A DNA stretch of 59,055 nt, taken from NCBI GenBank assembly GCA_964635925.1, contig CAZWQS010000001.1, forward strand, positions 1 to 59,055, in the 5' to 3' direction. Below are positions 31,423-41,256 of this stretch, piece by piece. The translations under genes and the position numbers were made by a program. The stretch is from an uncultured Terricaulis sp. GTDB lineage: Bacteria > Pseudomonadota > Alphaproteobacteria > Caulobacterales > Aquidulcibacteraceae. The notes under the pieces were generated by a model. That model had not been told where the DNA came from and made no database searches. It saw only the letters and a list, made by a program, of their open reading frames with translations. Numbering within the stretch: the first letter of the stretch is position 1; the number at the start of each line of letters is the position of its first letter.

Positions 31423-32499
31423 ATGTCCAGACACGACGTCGAGGTCGGAAAATTCGTGCGCGAGGACGGAACCTATCCCATGGTTCCGCTGCGCAAAGAC
31501 AACGTATCGATTGGTATCGTGCAAACGCGCGTGCGAGGCGTTGATGGCGACAATCCGGGCCCGCAGACAGCCGAGAATCTTCAATACATTCTCGATCGCA
31601 TCGATTACGCGCAGCAATCAGGCCCGTGCGACCTGCTTTGCTTCCACGAATTTCCGATTCAAGGCTTCAAGCACTACGATCGTGAGCAATCGGTGCGCGT
31701 CGCGTTCGAGGAAGGCTGCGACGAGGTCGTGGCCGTGGGTCAGAAGGCCAAGAAATACAATTGCTACATCACCATGGGCTCTTTGTGGAAAGACAAGGAT
31801 TGGCCAGGTCACTCGATGAACATGCAGCTTCTGTTCGGGCCGAGCGGCGAGTTGATCGCGAAGCATTGGAAGCAGCGCGCCAAGCGCGGCACGCGCCAGA
31901 CGCGTGAGCAATTCACCACCTGCATCTATGATGTGTTTGATCGCTTCGTCGAAATGTACGGTTGGGATGCGGTGATCCCTGTGACGCAAACTGACATTGG
32001 CAATATCGCCATGTCGGCCGTGCAGTATGAGCCGGAAATCTTCCGCGCCATGGCGCTGAAGGGCGCTGAAATCATCTGCCGCAGCGCCACCGGCGGCTTC
32101 CGCTGGGAAGACATGATGATGTGCGCCTATCACAACGACGTGTTCGTGACGATGGTGAACAACTCGCTCAATTCTTATCCGGATCGGCAGAATTTCGAAG
32201 AGGTCGCCCCGCGCAACGATTGGGTCGGCCGCTCCAGCGTTTTTGGGCCAAAGGGCGTCGTGCTGGCCGAGTGCGACAAGTTCGAGACCAAGCGCCGCAC
32301 CGTGATCCGCATGAAGGAATACCGTGAAGGCCATCGTCTGCCGGACGTGCACTTCTCGCTGTCCAAACACGTCTACGATCAATACCGCGAGCGCTATGAT
32401 CCGAATCTTTGGTTGGACTATCTGCCGAAGGATAAGCAGGACGCGGGCCGGTATCTGAAGGACAAGGCGCGCTGGCATTCGTATTGGTACGATTATTGA
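31423..32499 (+). CDS. Nitrilase-superfamily (carbon-nitrogen hydrolase) protein, apparently lacking the catalytic Cys
   Basis: LLCFHEFP (Glu), KHWK (Lys), TDIGNIAMSAVQYEPEIFRAMALKGAEII, GRSSVFGPKG. Confidence 0.82.
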   Translation: MSRHDVEVGKFVREDGTYPMVPLRKDNVSIGIVQTRVRGVDGDNPGPQTAENLQYILDRIDYAQQSGPCDLLCFHEFPIQGFKHYDREQSVRVAFEEGCDEVVAVGQKAKKYNCYITMGSLWKDKDWPGHSMNMQLLFGPSGELIAKHWKQRAKRGTRQTREQFTTCIYDVFDRFVEMYGWDAVIPVTQTDIGNIAMSAVQYEPEIFRAMALKGAEIICRSATGGFRWEDMMMCAYHNDVFVTMVNNSLNSYPDRQNFEEVAPRNDWVGRSSVFGPKGVVLAECDKFETKRRTVIRMKEYREGHRLPDVHFSLSKHVYDQYRERYDPNLWLDYLPKDKQDAGRYLKDKARWHSYWYDY

Positions 32500-32813
32500 T
32501 GCGATTGTACGTCGAAGATCGCTCAGGCGGGCAGGCTATTGTCGAATGCGCGCCTGGGCAATCGCTCATGAGCACATTGCGCGAGAAGGGCTACCCGCTG
32601 CAGGCGATCTGCGGCGGCGCCGCTTCCTGCGCGACGTGCCACGTTTATATCGGCGCCGAATGGCGTGATCGTTTGCCGCCGCGCGGCGAGTTCGAGGAAG
32701 CGTTGGTTGAGGATACCGACCATTACCGGCCGGAATCCTCTCGTCTTTCGTGCCAGATCACGCTCAGCGATGCGCTAGACGGTTTAACGCTGACCATCGC
32801 GCCTGAAGATTGA
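32499..32813 (+). CDS. 2Fe-2S ferredoxin (putidaredoxin/adrenodoxin type)
   Basis: CGGAASCATCHV...SRLSCQI; start coupled to the upstream stop. Confidence 0.92.
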   Translation: MRLYVEDRSGGQAIVECAPGQSLMSTLREKGYPLQAICGGAASCATCHVYIGAEWRDRLPPRGEFEEALVEDTDHYRPESSRLSCQITLSDALDGLTLTIAPED

Positions 32814-32817
32814 GCGC

Positions 32818-33504
32818 TCAGGCTTTAAGCCGCTCGATCACCTCGGAAACGGCGACGACATCGGCGTATTTGAGCTGAAGATCGGTCAGATTAGCGTAGT
32901 GATAGCTCTCGTGCTTATCGGCCACGCATTCTTCCGGAACGATGGTGCGATAGCCGTGGCTCAAACTGTCCACTGCCGTTGCGCGCACGCAGCCTGATGT
33001 CGAGCCGCCGGTGATCACCAGCGTATCCACCTTATGCCACACCAGATAGCTCGCTAGCGGCGTTTCAAAAAATCCCGAAGGCATACGCTTGGTGAAAACG
33101 AGATCGAGTTTGTGATCAATGTCCGCGCGCGGGTCGAAGGTGTGGCGCTCGGAATCATATTTGATGTTCTGTAGGCTGTCGGGCGTGTCCGTGCGCGTGC
33201 CCCACACGCCAGCATCGCCCGCATCGGGCTTATACGCCACGCGCGACCAAATCACCGGCCAGGCGCGCGCGCGCGCCAGCGCGCTGATTTGATTGATGTA
33301 GTCGATCTGCTTGGGATCGGTGACGTAGGACGTTTTCGGAAACAGGTCAGGCCGCGTGTAGGCCTGCTGCACGTCGATATTCATGATCGCGAGCTTTTCG
33401 CCGAAGCCAAAGCGCGCGCGCGCCGGGTTGGCCTTCACGGCCTCATAAAGCTCCCGCGCCGTTTTGTTCTCGCGGATCATGGTGGGATCGAAGTGCAGCG
33501 TCAT
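32818..33504 (-). CDS. Second isochorismatase-family cysteine hydrolase (N-carbamoylsarcosine/maleamate amidase-like)
   Basis: GFGEKLAIMNIDVQ, KRMPSGFF, GGSTSGCVRATAVD, KYADV. Confidence 0.88.
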   Translation of the reverse strand: MTLHFDPTMIRENKTARELYEAVKANPARARFGFGEKLAIMNIDVQQAYTRPDLFPKTSYVTDPKQIDYINQISALARARAWPVIWSRVAYKPDAGDAGVWGTRTDTPDSLQNIKYDSERHTFDPRADIDHKLDLVFTKRMPSGFFETPLASYLVWHKVDTLVITGGSTSGCVRATAVDSLSHGYRTIVPEECVADKHESYHYANLTDLQLKYADVVAVSEVIERLKA

Positions 33505-33527
33505 GGCGGACTCTCGCAGCTCAGGGA

Positions 33528-33549
33528 TATTCTGTTGTTATGACAATAG
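33528..33549. promoter_or_regulatory. Putative island operator, site 7 (TTGTTATGACAATAG)
   Basis: Contains ATGACAATAG; minus strand reads TGTCAT-AACAAC-AGAATA; just upstream of the amidase. Confidence 0.5.
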
Positions 33550-33635
33550 GTTCGGTCTGGCTAGCTTGCAGACAAACGCCCTCTTTTTATACGGCAACTT
33601 TGTAGTCATTTGATGACATAAACGTGTTGACGCAA

Positions 33636-33660
33636 TGACAGGTCATCATAACAATAGGAC
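33636..33660. promoter_or_regulatory. Putative island operator, site 8 (TGACAG-GTCATC-ATAACA-ATAGGAC)
   Basis: Shares the exact 13-mer ATAACAATAGGAC with site 9; upstream of the amine oxidase-TonB operon. Confidence 0.6.
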
Positions 33661-33682
33661 TACAATGATGGGAAGCTAGTTC

Positions 33683-35113
33683 ATGGCGTCTAAATCCGGG
33701 GCAAACCTATCACGCAGGCTGTTTTTGTCGGGCGCTGCGGCAGCCGGGGCCGTTGGGCTTGGCGCCGCCCGGGCCGCCCCTGATCCGGATGTGATCATTA
33801 TCGGCGCTGGCTTCTCCGGGCTTCGCGCGGCGATGGCTTTGTCGGAAGCGGGCGCGCGGGTGCGTTTGCTCGAGGCCTCCCAGCGCGTGGGCGGCCGGGT
33901 GCGCACGCTGGACGATGTCGAAAACCGGCCAGAAGGCGGCGGCACGGAAGTTGGCTCTTCCTTCACGCGTTTGCGCGGCATCATTGATCGGCTCGGGCTC
34001 GCGGTGCGCGAGCGCGTGGGGCCCGCCAATCAGTACGGCTTTTATCTTGGCGGGGAGTATGTTGCGCCGGCCGATTGGGAGGGCTCGCGGCTCAATCAAT
34101 TGCCGGCGCCCATGCGCAGGGTGCTCCCGCATCAGGTGGAAGGCTACTTCATGGCTATGCCCAATCCCTTGGGTGCAGCGCTGGATAGCTGGCTCGATCC
34201 GACGTACGGGCAATTTGATATTCCGTTCTCGGACTATCTGCGCGGGCTTGGCGCTAACGAGCAGGCGCTGGAATTCTTGCTTCGCGGCGAAGCGGTCGAT
34301 TCACTTGATCGCCTCTCGGCGCTCTGGATGTTGCGCCGCGATTCCGCACGCGATCTGTCGCGCGCCTCGGAAAACCATCGAGACATCCAGTTTGTAGTCG
34401 GTGGTATGAGTCGCGTGCCCGAAGCGATGCAGGCGTCTTTGCCTTTTGAGATTGAGTTCGGCCGCCACGTTGGCGTCATTCGCAGCGGCCGGAGCTGGGT
34501 TGAAGTCGAGTGCCATGACGGCGCGAAATATCGCGCCAAACATGTGATTTGCACAACGCCGCCGCCGCTGACGCGCATGATTGCGTTCGATCCTGGCTTG
34601 CCGGCGCTGCACGCGGAAGCGGTGGCGTTCACCCCGTTTGGGCAGGGCACCTCAGTGATGATCCCGGTGCGCGAGCGCTTCTGGGAAGTCGACGGCCGGC
34701 CCGGCGGCAGTTGGACGGACAACAACCGCCTTGGGCGCGTCATGCAATTGGCGACGCCAGAGGGGGACTATCTTTGGGCTTACATCTCCGGGCGCGCGAA
34801 CATGGCCTATCGCAGCATGGACGATGAAGACGTCAAAGCCTCGGTCCTCGCGGAATTGGTGCGCACGCGCCCGGCCGCCGAGGGGCGGTTGGGGGAAGCG
34901 AAGGTTGTGAACTGGTCGCGCGCGCCTTTTGCGCGCGGCACGTTCGCGCGCGCTGAACCCGGACAGGTCTCGCGATTCGGCGGCGTGCTTGCCGCGCCGG
35001 CCCATCGACGAATCCATTTTGCGGGCGAGCATGTCTCCCTGCGGGCGTCCGGCATCGAAGGCGCCTTGGAAAGCGGGGAACGCGCGGCGCACGACGTCCT
35101 CACCGCACTCTAA
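33683..35113 (+). CDS. Flavin monoamine oxidase-family protein with a Tat signal peptide
   Basis: SRRLFL twin-arginine plus hydrophobic stretch and ARA; IGAGFSG, EASQRVGGR, IHFAGEH, IEGALESG. Confidence 0.9.
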   Translation: MASKSGANLSRRLFLSGAAAAGAVGLGAARAAPDPDVIIIGAGFSGLRAAMALSEAGARVRLLEASQRVGGRVRTLDDVENRPEGGGTEVGSSFTRLRGIIDRLGLAVRERVGPANQYGFYLGGEYVAPADWEGSRLNQLPAPMRRVLPHQVEGYFMAMPNPLGAALDSWLDPTYGQFDIPFSDYLRGLGANEQALEFLLRGEAVDSLDRLSALWMLRRDSARDLSRASENHRDIQFVVGGMSRVPEAMQASLPFEIEFGRHVGVIRSGRSWVEVECHDGAKYRAKHVICTTPPPLTRMIAFDPGLPALHAEAVAFTPFGQGTSVMIPVRERFWEVDGRPGGSWTDNNRLGRVMQLATPEGDYLWAYISGRANMAYRSMDDEDVKASVLAELVRTRPAAEGRLGEAKVVNWSRAPFARGTFARAEPGQVSRFGGVLAAPAHRRIHFAGEHVSLRASGIEGALESGERAAHDVLTAL

Positions 35114-35140
35114 CAACACATGCAACCACGGGGGTTTTTT

Positions 35141-37450
35141 ATGCGGAAGTCATTGTTGGTTCAGTCGGCCTTGGTCGCATGGTTGGCGTTGGGCGGATCG
35201 GCTGCTGCGCAAACGCACAGCGAAGAAATTATCGTCACCGCAAAGCAGCGCGCTCAAAGCATTCAGGACGTGCCGCTCGCCATCACCGCGGTCGATGCGG
35301 CGACGATTGAATCGGCCGGGATCGAAGATATCCGCGATCTCTCGACGATTGCGCCTGGGCTTTCCTTTCACTCCAACAGTGGCCGCAAGGATCTGAGCGC
35401 ACTCGCCATCCGCGGCCTTGCGCCCAATACCGTGAACGTTCAGCTCCAGGGCGTTTCGAGCTTCTATGACGGTATCTACACCGGCGGCGCCATCAACCTG
35501 ATCCCGATGGTCGCGGTTGATCGGGTTGAGGTGCTCAAAGGGCCCCAGAGCAGCACCTATGGCCGCGCGACCTATTCCGGCGCTATCGATTACATCACCC
35601 AGACGCCGCAATCGGACACCGTCATTGGTTCTGCGCGCTTTGAATATTCGCAGAACGAAGGCGCTGTTGGCGACAATATGGACATCACTTTGTCGGTCGC
35701 TGTGCCGCTCATTGAAGGTCGAGCATGGCTGCAAGCGATCCACGCACATAATGTTGAGGGCGCCCTTTATAACGCGCCGACAACGGGCATCCCGATCGGT
35801 GAAGAGGTGACGGATTCCTACGGTCTCATTTTCTACACTGAGCCGACGAGCAACCTCTCGATCAAAGCCTTCGCGTTTTATGACGTTGCCGATGACGGCC
35901 CCGCCGCGATCCATATGCAGCATCCGCAGGAATGGGCTGCAGCCGGCCTGACGACGGGCGGCTCTGTTTCGCCGGGCGCTGTGTGGTTAGATGATGACGT
36001 GCCGGCGCCGCTCTGGGGCACGACGGAATGCGTCAGCACGCGGGACATGTTTCGCGCCTCTTGCGGTTCCTACTCTGAGCGCCTGTTTGCGGGTTTGGTG
36101 GCCACTTACGACTTAAACGGCTACGAGGTTTCCTATCGCGGCGGCTACTACGACGAAGATTCGACATCAAAATACGACACGACGAGTCGCGGCGCCGCCG
36201 GAGGTAGTGATCCGTTCTTTGGCGATTCCGTCACGGCGCTGTTGCGGAAAAACACGGCGGGTATCAATCAACGCAGTTTGCTGGAGGGCTACAGCCATCA
36301 ACTGCGTATTGTCAGCCCCGCTGACAACCGGCTGCGCTGGCGTGCGGGCGTCTACTACTTCTACGAGGAATCCAATGGCTATTCGCAAACCTATCTGACG
36401 GTGGCCAACCCACAGGGCGTGTCCGGCGGAACAGAAAGTGTCGAAGATATCGCCGCATTCGGCGCGATTGCGTACGATTTTACTGATGCGCTTGGTCTCG
36501 AACTGGAGGGGCGCGTCCAAGAAGAAACAGTCGTGCTTGGCGCCTGCACCTTCTGCGCTGCCTCAATCGCCAACCCGCTTGAGCGTGAAGCAAGCACAAC
36601 TGATTGGATGCCGCGCGTGACCCTCACGTGGCGGCCGACTGAAGATTTCCTGTTTTACGGCCTCTATTCTTACGGTGCGAAGTCTGGGCGTTGGAATAAT
36701 GCGTCGGCGGTGGGTTTCCGCTTCACGGAGCCGGAATATCTCTCCAACTACGAACTCGGTGCTAAAACCTCTTGGTTTGATGGTGCTCTACTGCTCAATG
36801 GCGCCTTGTTTGTGCAGGAAGTAACCGATCAGCAATTCACCGCGCGCGACCCGGTAAACACTTCGATCACTTATAGCCAAAATATCGGCGAGTCGGATAT
36901 CTGGGGCTTTGAACTGGATGGCCGTTACCGGATCACCGATGATCTGTCGCTGTTCGGTACGTTGAGCTATGCCGATCACGAATACGCGTCGTTCGCTGTC
37001 CCTTCCGTCGCGGGTGCCGCGGTGACGGAACTTCTCAACGGCGAGACGCTGCAGGGCAAAACCTCGGTGAACATCCCCCGCTGGAACGCCTCGACTTCCC
37101 TGGTTTACAACACCGAGTTTGGCACGTTCCCGTTTGGACTGCGTGCTGATGTAATCTATCGCGGCGAATCCTACGCAGACGCGGCCAATCGCGCCACGCT
37201 TGCGCCAGTCACGCGAGTGAACCTTGCGGCGACGCTCGGCATCGGCCTGGTGGACTTCAGGTTCTTCGTGCGTGATCTGTTTGATAATGACGAAGCCATG
37301 GGCGCGGCCTCTAGCCCAACCTCTTGCGTCTATGGCGTCGGCTTGCCTGCGTCGTTCGTTGGGGCGAGTTCGATCAACACCCAGCGTTGCCTTGCGGTAA
37401 CTGTGCCGCGCGGCCGGGAAATCGGCGCTTCATTTGCCATCCGCTTCTGA
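35141..37450 (+). CDS. TonB-dependent receptor
   Basis: Signal peptide, EEIIVTA, IQDVPLAIT, RVEVLKGPQSSTYG, C-terminal AIRF. Confidence 0.93.
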   Translation: MRKSLLVQSALVAWLALGGSAAAQTHSEEIIVTAKQRAQSIQDVPLAITAVDAATIESAGIEDIRDLSTIAPGLSFHSNSGRKDLSALAIRGLAPNTVNVQLQGVSSFYDGIYTGGAINLIPMVAVDRVEVLKGPQSSTYGRATYSGAIDYITQTPQSDTVIGSARFEYSQNEGAVGDNMDITLSVAVPLIEGRAWLQAIHAHNVEGALYNAPTTGIPIGEEVTDSYGLIFYTEPTSNLSIKAFAFYDVADDGPAAIHMQHPQEWAAAGLTTGGSVSPGAVWLDDDVPAPLWGTTECVSTRDMFRASCGSYSERLFAGLVATYDLNGYEVSYRGGYYDEDSTSKYDTTSRGAAGGSDPFFGDSVTALLRKNTAGINQRSLLEGYSHQLRIVSPADNRLRWRAGVYYFYEESNGYSQTYLTVANPQGVSGGTESVEDIAAFGAIAYDFTDALGLELEGRVQEETVVLGACTFCAASIANPLEREASTTDWMPRVTLTWRPTEDFLFYGLYSYGAKSGRWNNASAVGFRFTEPEYLSNYELGAKTSWFDGALLLNGALFVQEVTDQQFTARDPVNTSITYSQNIGESDIWGFELDGRYRITDDLSLFGTLSYADHEYASFAVPSVAGAAVTELLNGETLQGKTSVNIPRWNASTSLVYNTEFGTFPFGLRADVIYRGESYADAANRATLAPVTRVNLAATLGIGLVDFRFFVRDLFDNDEAMGAASSPTSCVYGVGLPASFVGASSINTQRCLAVTVPRGREIGASFAIRF

Positions 37451-37474
37451 AGTGGGTCGAAATATGTAAATGCG

Positions 37475-37499
37475 ATGGCGCGCCTCAGAGGCGCGCCAT
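37475..37499 (+). terminator. Stem-loop after the TonB receptor (weak terminator or mRNA-stabilising hairpin)
   Basis: ATGGCGCGCCT-cag-AGGCGCGCCAT followed by only a short T run. Confidence 0.5.
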
Positions 37500-37526
37500 T
37501 TGTGCTTGATAAGGGGGCGTGAATTG

Positions 37527-39170
37527 ATGGGTTTTGATGCGCCTGTTCTCATCGTCGGCGGAGGCCCGGTTGGGCTCACGCTGGCGATTGATCTCGCGGT
37601 TCGCGGCCAGCGCTGCATTCTCGTGGAGCAGCGCGAAGAAACGACCGCGCACCCAAAAGCGACGCTGCTGGGCGCGCGATCGATGGAGTATTTTCGGCGT
37701 TGGGGCCTTGAAGATAAAATCTACGCCGCCACCATCAATACCGAGCATCCGTACTACATCGTCTTTACAACGCGCCTGGGCGCCAATGAGCTGCTGCGCT
37801 TTCGTTCGCCTTCGATCCGCGAGATTCGTGATCGCGATCCTGAGGCGCTGGCGCGCTTTCGCGAGCTGGCATGGTCTCCTTACGGAAAAACGCAGATCGG
37901 ACAGCAGGCGCTGGAGCCGATCCTCGTCGAACATGCGCGTTCGTTGCGCAATATTGATCTACGCCATGGTTGGCGCTTTGACGGGTTCACCCAAGATGAA
38001 TCGGGCGTCACCGCCGCGCTCACCGAGATCGCAAGCGGCCGCGGCGAAAGCGTCCGCACGCAATACCTCGCCGCATGTGATGGCGGCGCGAGCGATGTTC
38101 GCCGCGCGCTCGGCGTGCGCTTTAGTGGGCGCGGCAAGATGCGCGCCAATGTGAGTCTGCTCTTCCGGAGCGTGGAGTTTATGAAGGTGCATGGCCGCGG
38201 TGTCGCCAACCTCTATTTTACCTTCGCGCCCGATTGCTTTGGTGTGTTCACGGCGATTGATGGCGCGGAGTTGTGGAACTACCAATATTATTTTATTGAT
38301 CCAGGGAAAGCGGCCGCGCCGCTGAACCCTGAGGATGTGCTGCATCGCGCGGTCGGCAAGCCGTTCGCTTTCGAGTTGCTGCAAACAACCCATTGGAATC
38401 ACCACCAATCGGTTGCTCGTAAATGGCGGGATGGGCGTGTGTTCTTGCTTGGCGATGCCGCGCATCTATTTGTGCCTACCGGTGGCGTCGGAATGAACAC
38501 CGGTATTGGCGATGCGTGTGATCTGGGTTGGAAGCTCGACGCCGTGCTCAGCGCCTGGGGCGGGGAAGGATTGCTCGACTCCTATGAGCGCGAACGCAAA
38601 CCCATCGCGGTGCGCAATTCCATCGCCTCCGCGTCCAATTCCGACCGCATCGATATGGTGATGGACGAAACCGAGACGGATATCGATCGCGATGATGCTT
38701 TGGGCGAAGCCAAGCGTGCGGCGCTCACGGAAAAATTGCGCATTCTCTCGCGCCAGTTTAACAGCGCCGGCGTGCACCTCGGCTATCGCTATATCCATTC
38801 ACCGATCATTGTGGCCGACGACGCGCCGGAGCCGCCCGACGATCCGTCACAGGTCTCACCGTCCACTTGGCCGGGATGTCGTGCGCCGCACGTTTGGCTC
38901 GCGGATGGACGTTCGACGCTGGATCTGTTTGGCGATGGCTTCGTGCTGGTGCGATTGGATGCAGCGCGGCTCGGCGATGAAGATTTGCGCACTGCAGCGG
39001 ACGACGCAGGGATGCCGCTCAATGTTGTGGATATTCGCCAGCCAGACGTCAGCGCGCTGTATCAGCGGCGTCTCGTTCTGGTGCGGCCCGATGGGCATGT
39101 GGCCTGGCGCGGGGATTATGCGCCGGGCGATTGCGCGGCGCTGATTGAACGCGTGCGGGGCCAGCGATGA
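37527..39170 (+). CDS. Long class A FAD monooxygenase (PheA/TfdB/RdmE type with C-terminal thioredoxin-like domain)
   Basis: GGGPVG, ACDGGAS, GDAAHLFVPTGGVGMNTG, PGCRAPHVWL, LVRPDGHVAWR. Confidence 0.9.
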   Translation: MGFDAPVLIVGGGPVGLTLAIDLAVRGQRCILVEQREETTAHPKATLLGARSMEYFRRWGLEDKIYAATINTEHPYYIVFTTRLGANELLRFRSPSIREIRDRDPEALARFRELAWSPYGKTQIGQQALEPILVEHARSLRNIDLRHGWRFDGFTQDESGVTAALTEIASGRGESVRTQYLAACDGGASDVRRALGVRFSGRGKMRANVSLLFRSVEFMKVHGRGVANLYFTFAPDCFGVFTAIDGAELWNYQYYFIDPGKAAAPLNPEDVLHRAVGKPFAFELLQTTHWNHHQSVARKWRDGRVFLLGDAAHLFVPTGGVGMNTGIGDACDLGWKLDAVLSAWGGEGLLDSYERERKPIAVRNSIASASNSDRIDMVMDETETDIDRDDALGEAKRAALTEKLRILSRQFNSAGVHLGYRYIHSPIIVADDAPEPPDDPSQVSPSTWPGCRAPHVWLADGRSTLDLFGDGFVLVRLDAARLGDEDLRTAADDAGMPLNVVDIRQPDVSALYQRRLVLVRPDGHVAWRGDYAPGDCAALIERVRGQR

Positions 39171-40630
39171 GCGCGCATTATGATCCGCGCGACGTCGCTG
39201 CGCCGGCCTATCATTTCATCTCTGGCGCGCCGGCGTTTGATGGCGAGGCGATGGACGTGCGCCGTCCGTCGGACGGCGCTGTGCATGCAGACTTGCCGCT
39301 CGGCGGCGCTGACCTGGTGGATCGCGCCGCGCAAGCTGGCGCGGCGGCGCAGAAAGTCTGGATCAAGCGCCCGCCACGTGAGCGCGCGCGTGTGCTGCGC
39401 CTTTGGGCGAATCTGATCGATACGCACAATGAAGAGATCGCGCGGCTTGAATCGTTGGTTTCATCGCGTTTTTATACAGAAGCGCTGGCTGTTGACGTCG
39501 CCAACAGCGCCGAGTGGATACGCTATTACGCCGAGTGCTGCGATAAGGTTGATGATGCACTGTTGCCGACGAGCGATGACGCGATGGGGCTTGTCGCCAG
39601 CGAACCATATGGCGTAGTCGGCGCTATTGCGCCGTGGAATTTCCCGCTGATCCTGGCGATGTGGAAGGTCGCGCCCGCACTGGCAGCCGGCAACGCGATT
39701 GTGCTCAAGCCCTCGGAGTTCACGCCGTTCTCGGTTGTGCGCGTGGCGGAGCTTGGCGTGCAAGCGGGCTTGCCGCCGGGCCTTTTCAACGTCGTGCACG
39801 GCCTCGGGCCCTCTGTTGGCGCGGACATCGTGCGCCATCCGCTGATCGGGTACGTGGCTTTCACCGGCTCGACAGCGACGGGCCGCGCCCTGATGACCGA
39901 CGCTGCGCAATTTGGCCCCAAGCCTGTGGGCTTGGAGCTTGGCGGCAAAGGCGCGCAGCTTGTGCTCGCCGACGCAGGCGATCTGGACAAGATCGCTGAG
40001 CAAGTCGCTTGGGGCGTCACGCGCAATGGCGGCCAGCTTTGCTACGCGGGCAGCCGCCTCATCGTGCACGAGGCGCTTGCGGAGTCCTTGCTGGAGAAGG
40101 TGGCCGCGCGTTTCGCTGCATTACGCCCAGGCGCAACATGGGCGCGCAATGCAACGCTGCCACCCATTCTGAGTTTAAAGCAGGCGCGACGCATTGAGTC
40201 GATTGTCAATGACGCCATCGCCCAAGGCGCCCGCGCGCGTTGTGGCGCGCTGCTGCGCGAGGAGGGCGGCGCCTGGTTTGCGCCAACAATTCTGGAGAAC
40301 GTCGCCCCCGCGATGCGCGCGGTCAAAGAGGAGATCTTTGGCCCTGTGCTCACGGTGCAGACCTTCCGCGACGCGGATGAAGGCTTCACCCTTGCCGAGC
40401 ACGACGAATATGGCCTCGCCGCGTCGGTCTATACGCGCGACGTTAACAGGGCGATCAAGGCGGCGCGGCGCATACAGGCAGGCACGGTGTGGGTCAACAC
40501 ATGGGGTCGCAAGCCTGATTTCACGGCGCCATTTGGTGGTTGGAAGCGCTCAGGCTTTGGCCAGGAAGCTGGCAAGGCCGGTTTTGAAAAGTATCTCCGC
40601 CACAAAACAATCTGGTTTGATCTGAATTAG
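39167..40630 (+). CDS. Aldehyde dehydrogenase (PuuC-like)
   Basis: PWNFP, KPSE, FTGS, LELGGK, NGGQLC, EEIFGP, PFGGWKRSG. Confidence 0.92.
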   Translation: MSAHYDPRDVAAPAYHFISGAPAFDGEAMDVRRPSDGAVHADLPLGGADLVDRAAQAGAAAQKVWIKRPPRERARVLRLWANLIDTHNEEIARLESLVSSRFYTEALAVDVANSAEWIRYYAECCDKVDDALLPTSDDAMGLVASEPYGVVGAIAPWNFPLILAMWKVAPALAAGNAIVLKPSEFTPFSVVRVAELGVQAGLPPGLFNVVHGLGPSVGADIVRHPLIGYVAFTGSTATGRALMTDAAQFGPKPVGLELGGKGAQLVLADAGDLDKIAEQVAWGVTRNGGQLCYAGSRLIVHEALAESLLEKVAARFAALRPGATWARNATLPPILSLKQARRIESIVNDAIAQGARARCGALLREEGGAWFAPTILENVAPAMRAVKEEIFGPVLTVQTFRDADEGFTLAEHDEYGLAASVYTRDVNRAIKAARRIQAGTVWVNTWGRKPDFTAPFGGWKRSGFGQEAGKAGFEKYLRHKTIWFDLN

Positions 40631-41256
40631 CGGGCGTATACCCAGGGCCGCACCGCTTCATCGCCCTTGCGATGGGCGCTAATCGCTTCGTTGTGCGTCA
40701 GCGTCAGGTCGATTGCATCAAACCCGTTCACCAGCATTTCGCGCGACTCATCGGGCATCGTGAAGGCAAAGCGCGCACCGCTTGGCGTCCGAATTTCGCT
40801 CTGCATCAGATCGATCTCAAGCAGCGGTGTTTCAGTGCTTTCAACCTCCGCCGCGATTGTCGCAATCTCCTCTTCGCTCAGCGTCGCGGGCGCGAGGCTG
40901 TTGCGGATACAATTGCCATAAAAAATCGCATTGAACGAAGGTGCGATCACCGCGCGCACGCCAAACTCATGCAGCGCCCATACTGCGTGCTCGCGGCTTG
41001 AACCACAGCCGAAATTCGGCCCGCCTAGGAGGATCGTCGCGCCCGCATAGCGAGCCTGGTTCAGCACAAAATCCGGATTGGGGACACGTGCATCGATATC
41101 GGTATAGCGCCAACCGGCGAACAGCCCATCCGCAAGCCCTTGTTTGGTCGTGCTGCGAATTTCGCGCGAGGGGATGATGATGTCGGTGTCGATGTTCGCG
41201 CGCAGGAGCGGCGCAGCAATGCCGGCGACCAAAGGCATGGGCGTGCGCGAGCTCAT
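40627..41256 (-). CDS. leuD: LeuD-like isopropylmalate/alkylmaleate hydratase small subunit (probably catabolic)
   Basis: NIDTDIIIP, NFGCGSSREHA, IFYGNC; start MSSRTP coupled to the large-subunit stop. Confidence 0.85.
   Translation of the reverse strand: MSSRTPMPLVAGIAAPLLRANIDTDIIIPSREIRSTTKQGLADGLFAGWRYTDIDARVPNPDFVLNQARYAGATILLGGPNFGCGSSREHAVWALHEFGVRAVIAPSFNAIFYGNCIRNSLAPATLSEEEIATIAAEVESTETPLLEIDLMQSEIRTPSGARFAFTMPDESREMLVNGFDAIDLTLTHNEAISAHRKGDEAVRPWVYAR

Noticed and set aside
35141-37450. TonB receptor gene looks slightly less GC-rich than its neighbours, which could suggest recent transfer
   Set aside because: Impression only, not computed; no flanking repeats or mobility genes, and the amino-acid composition of outer-membrane barrels could explain it
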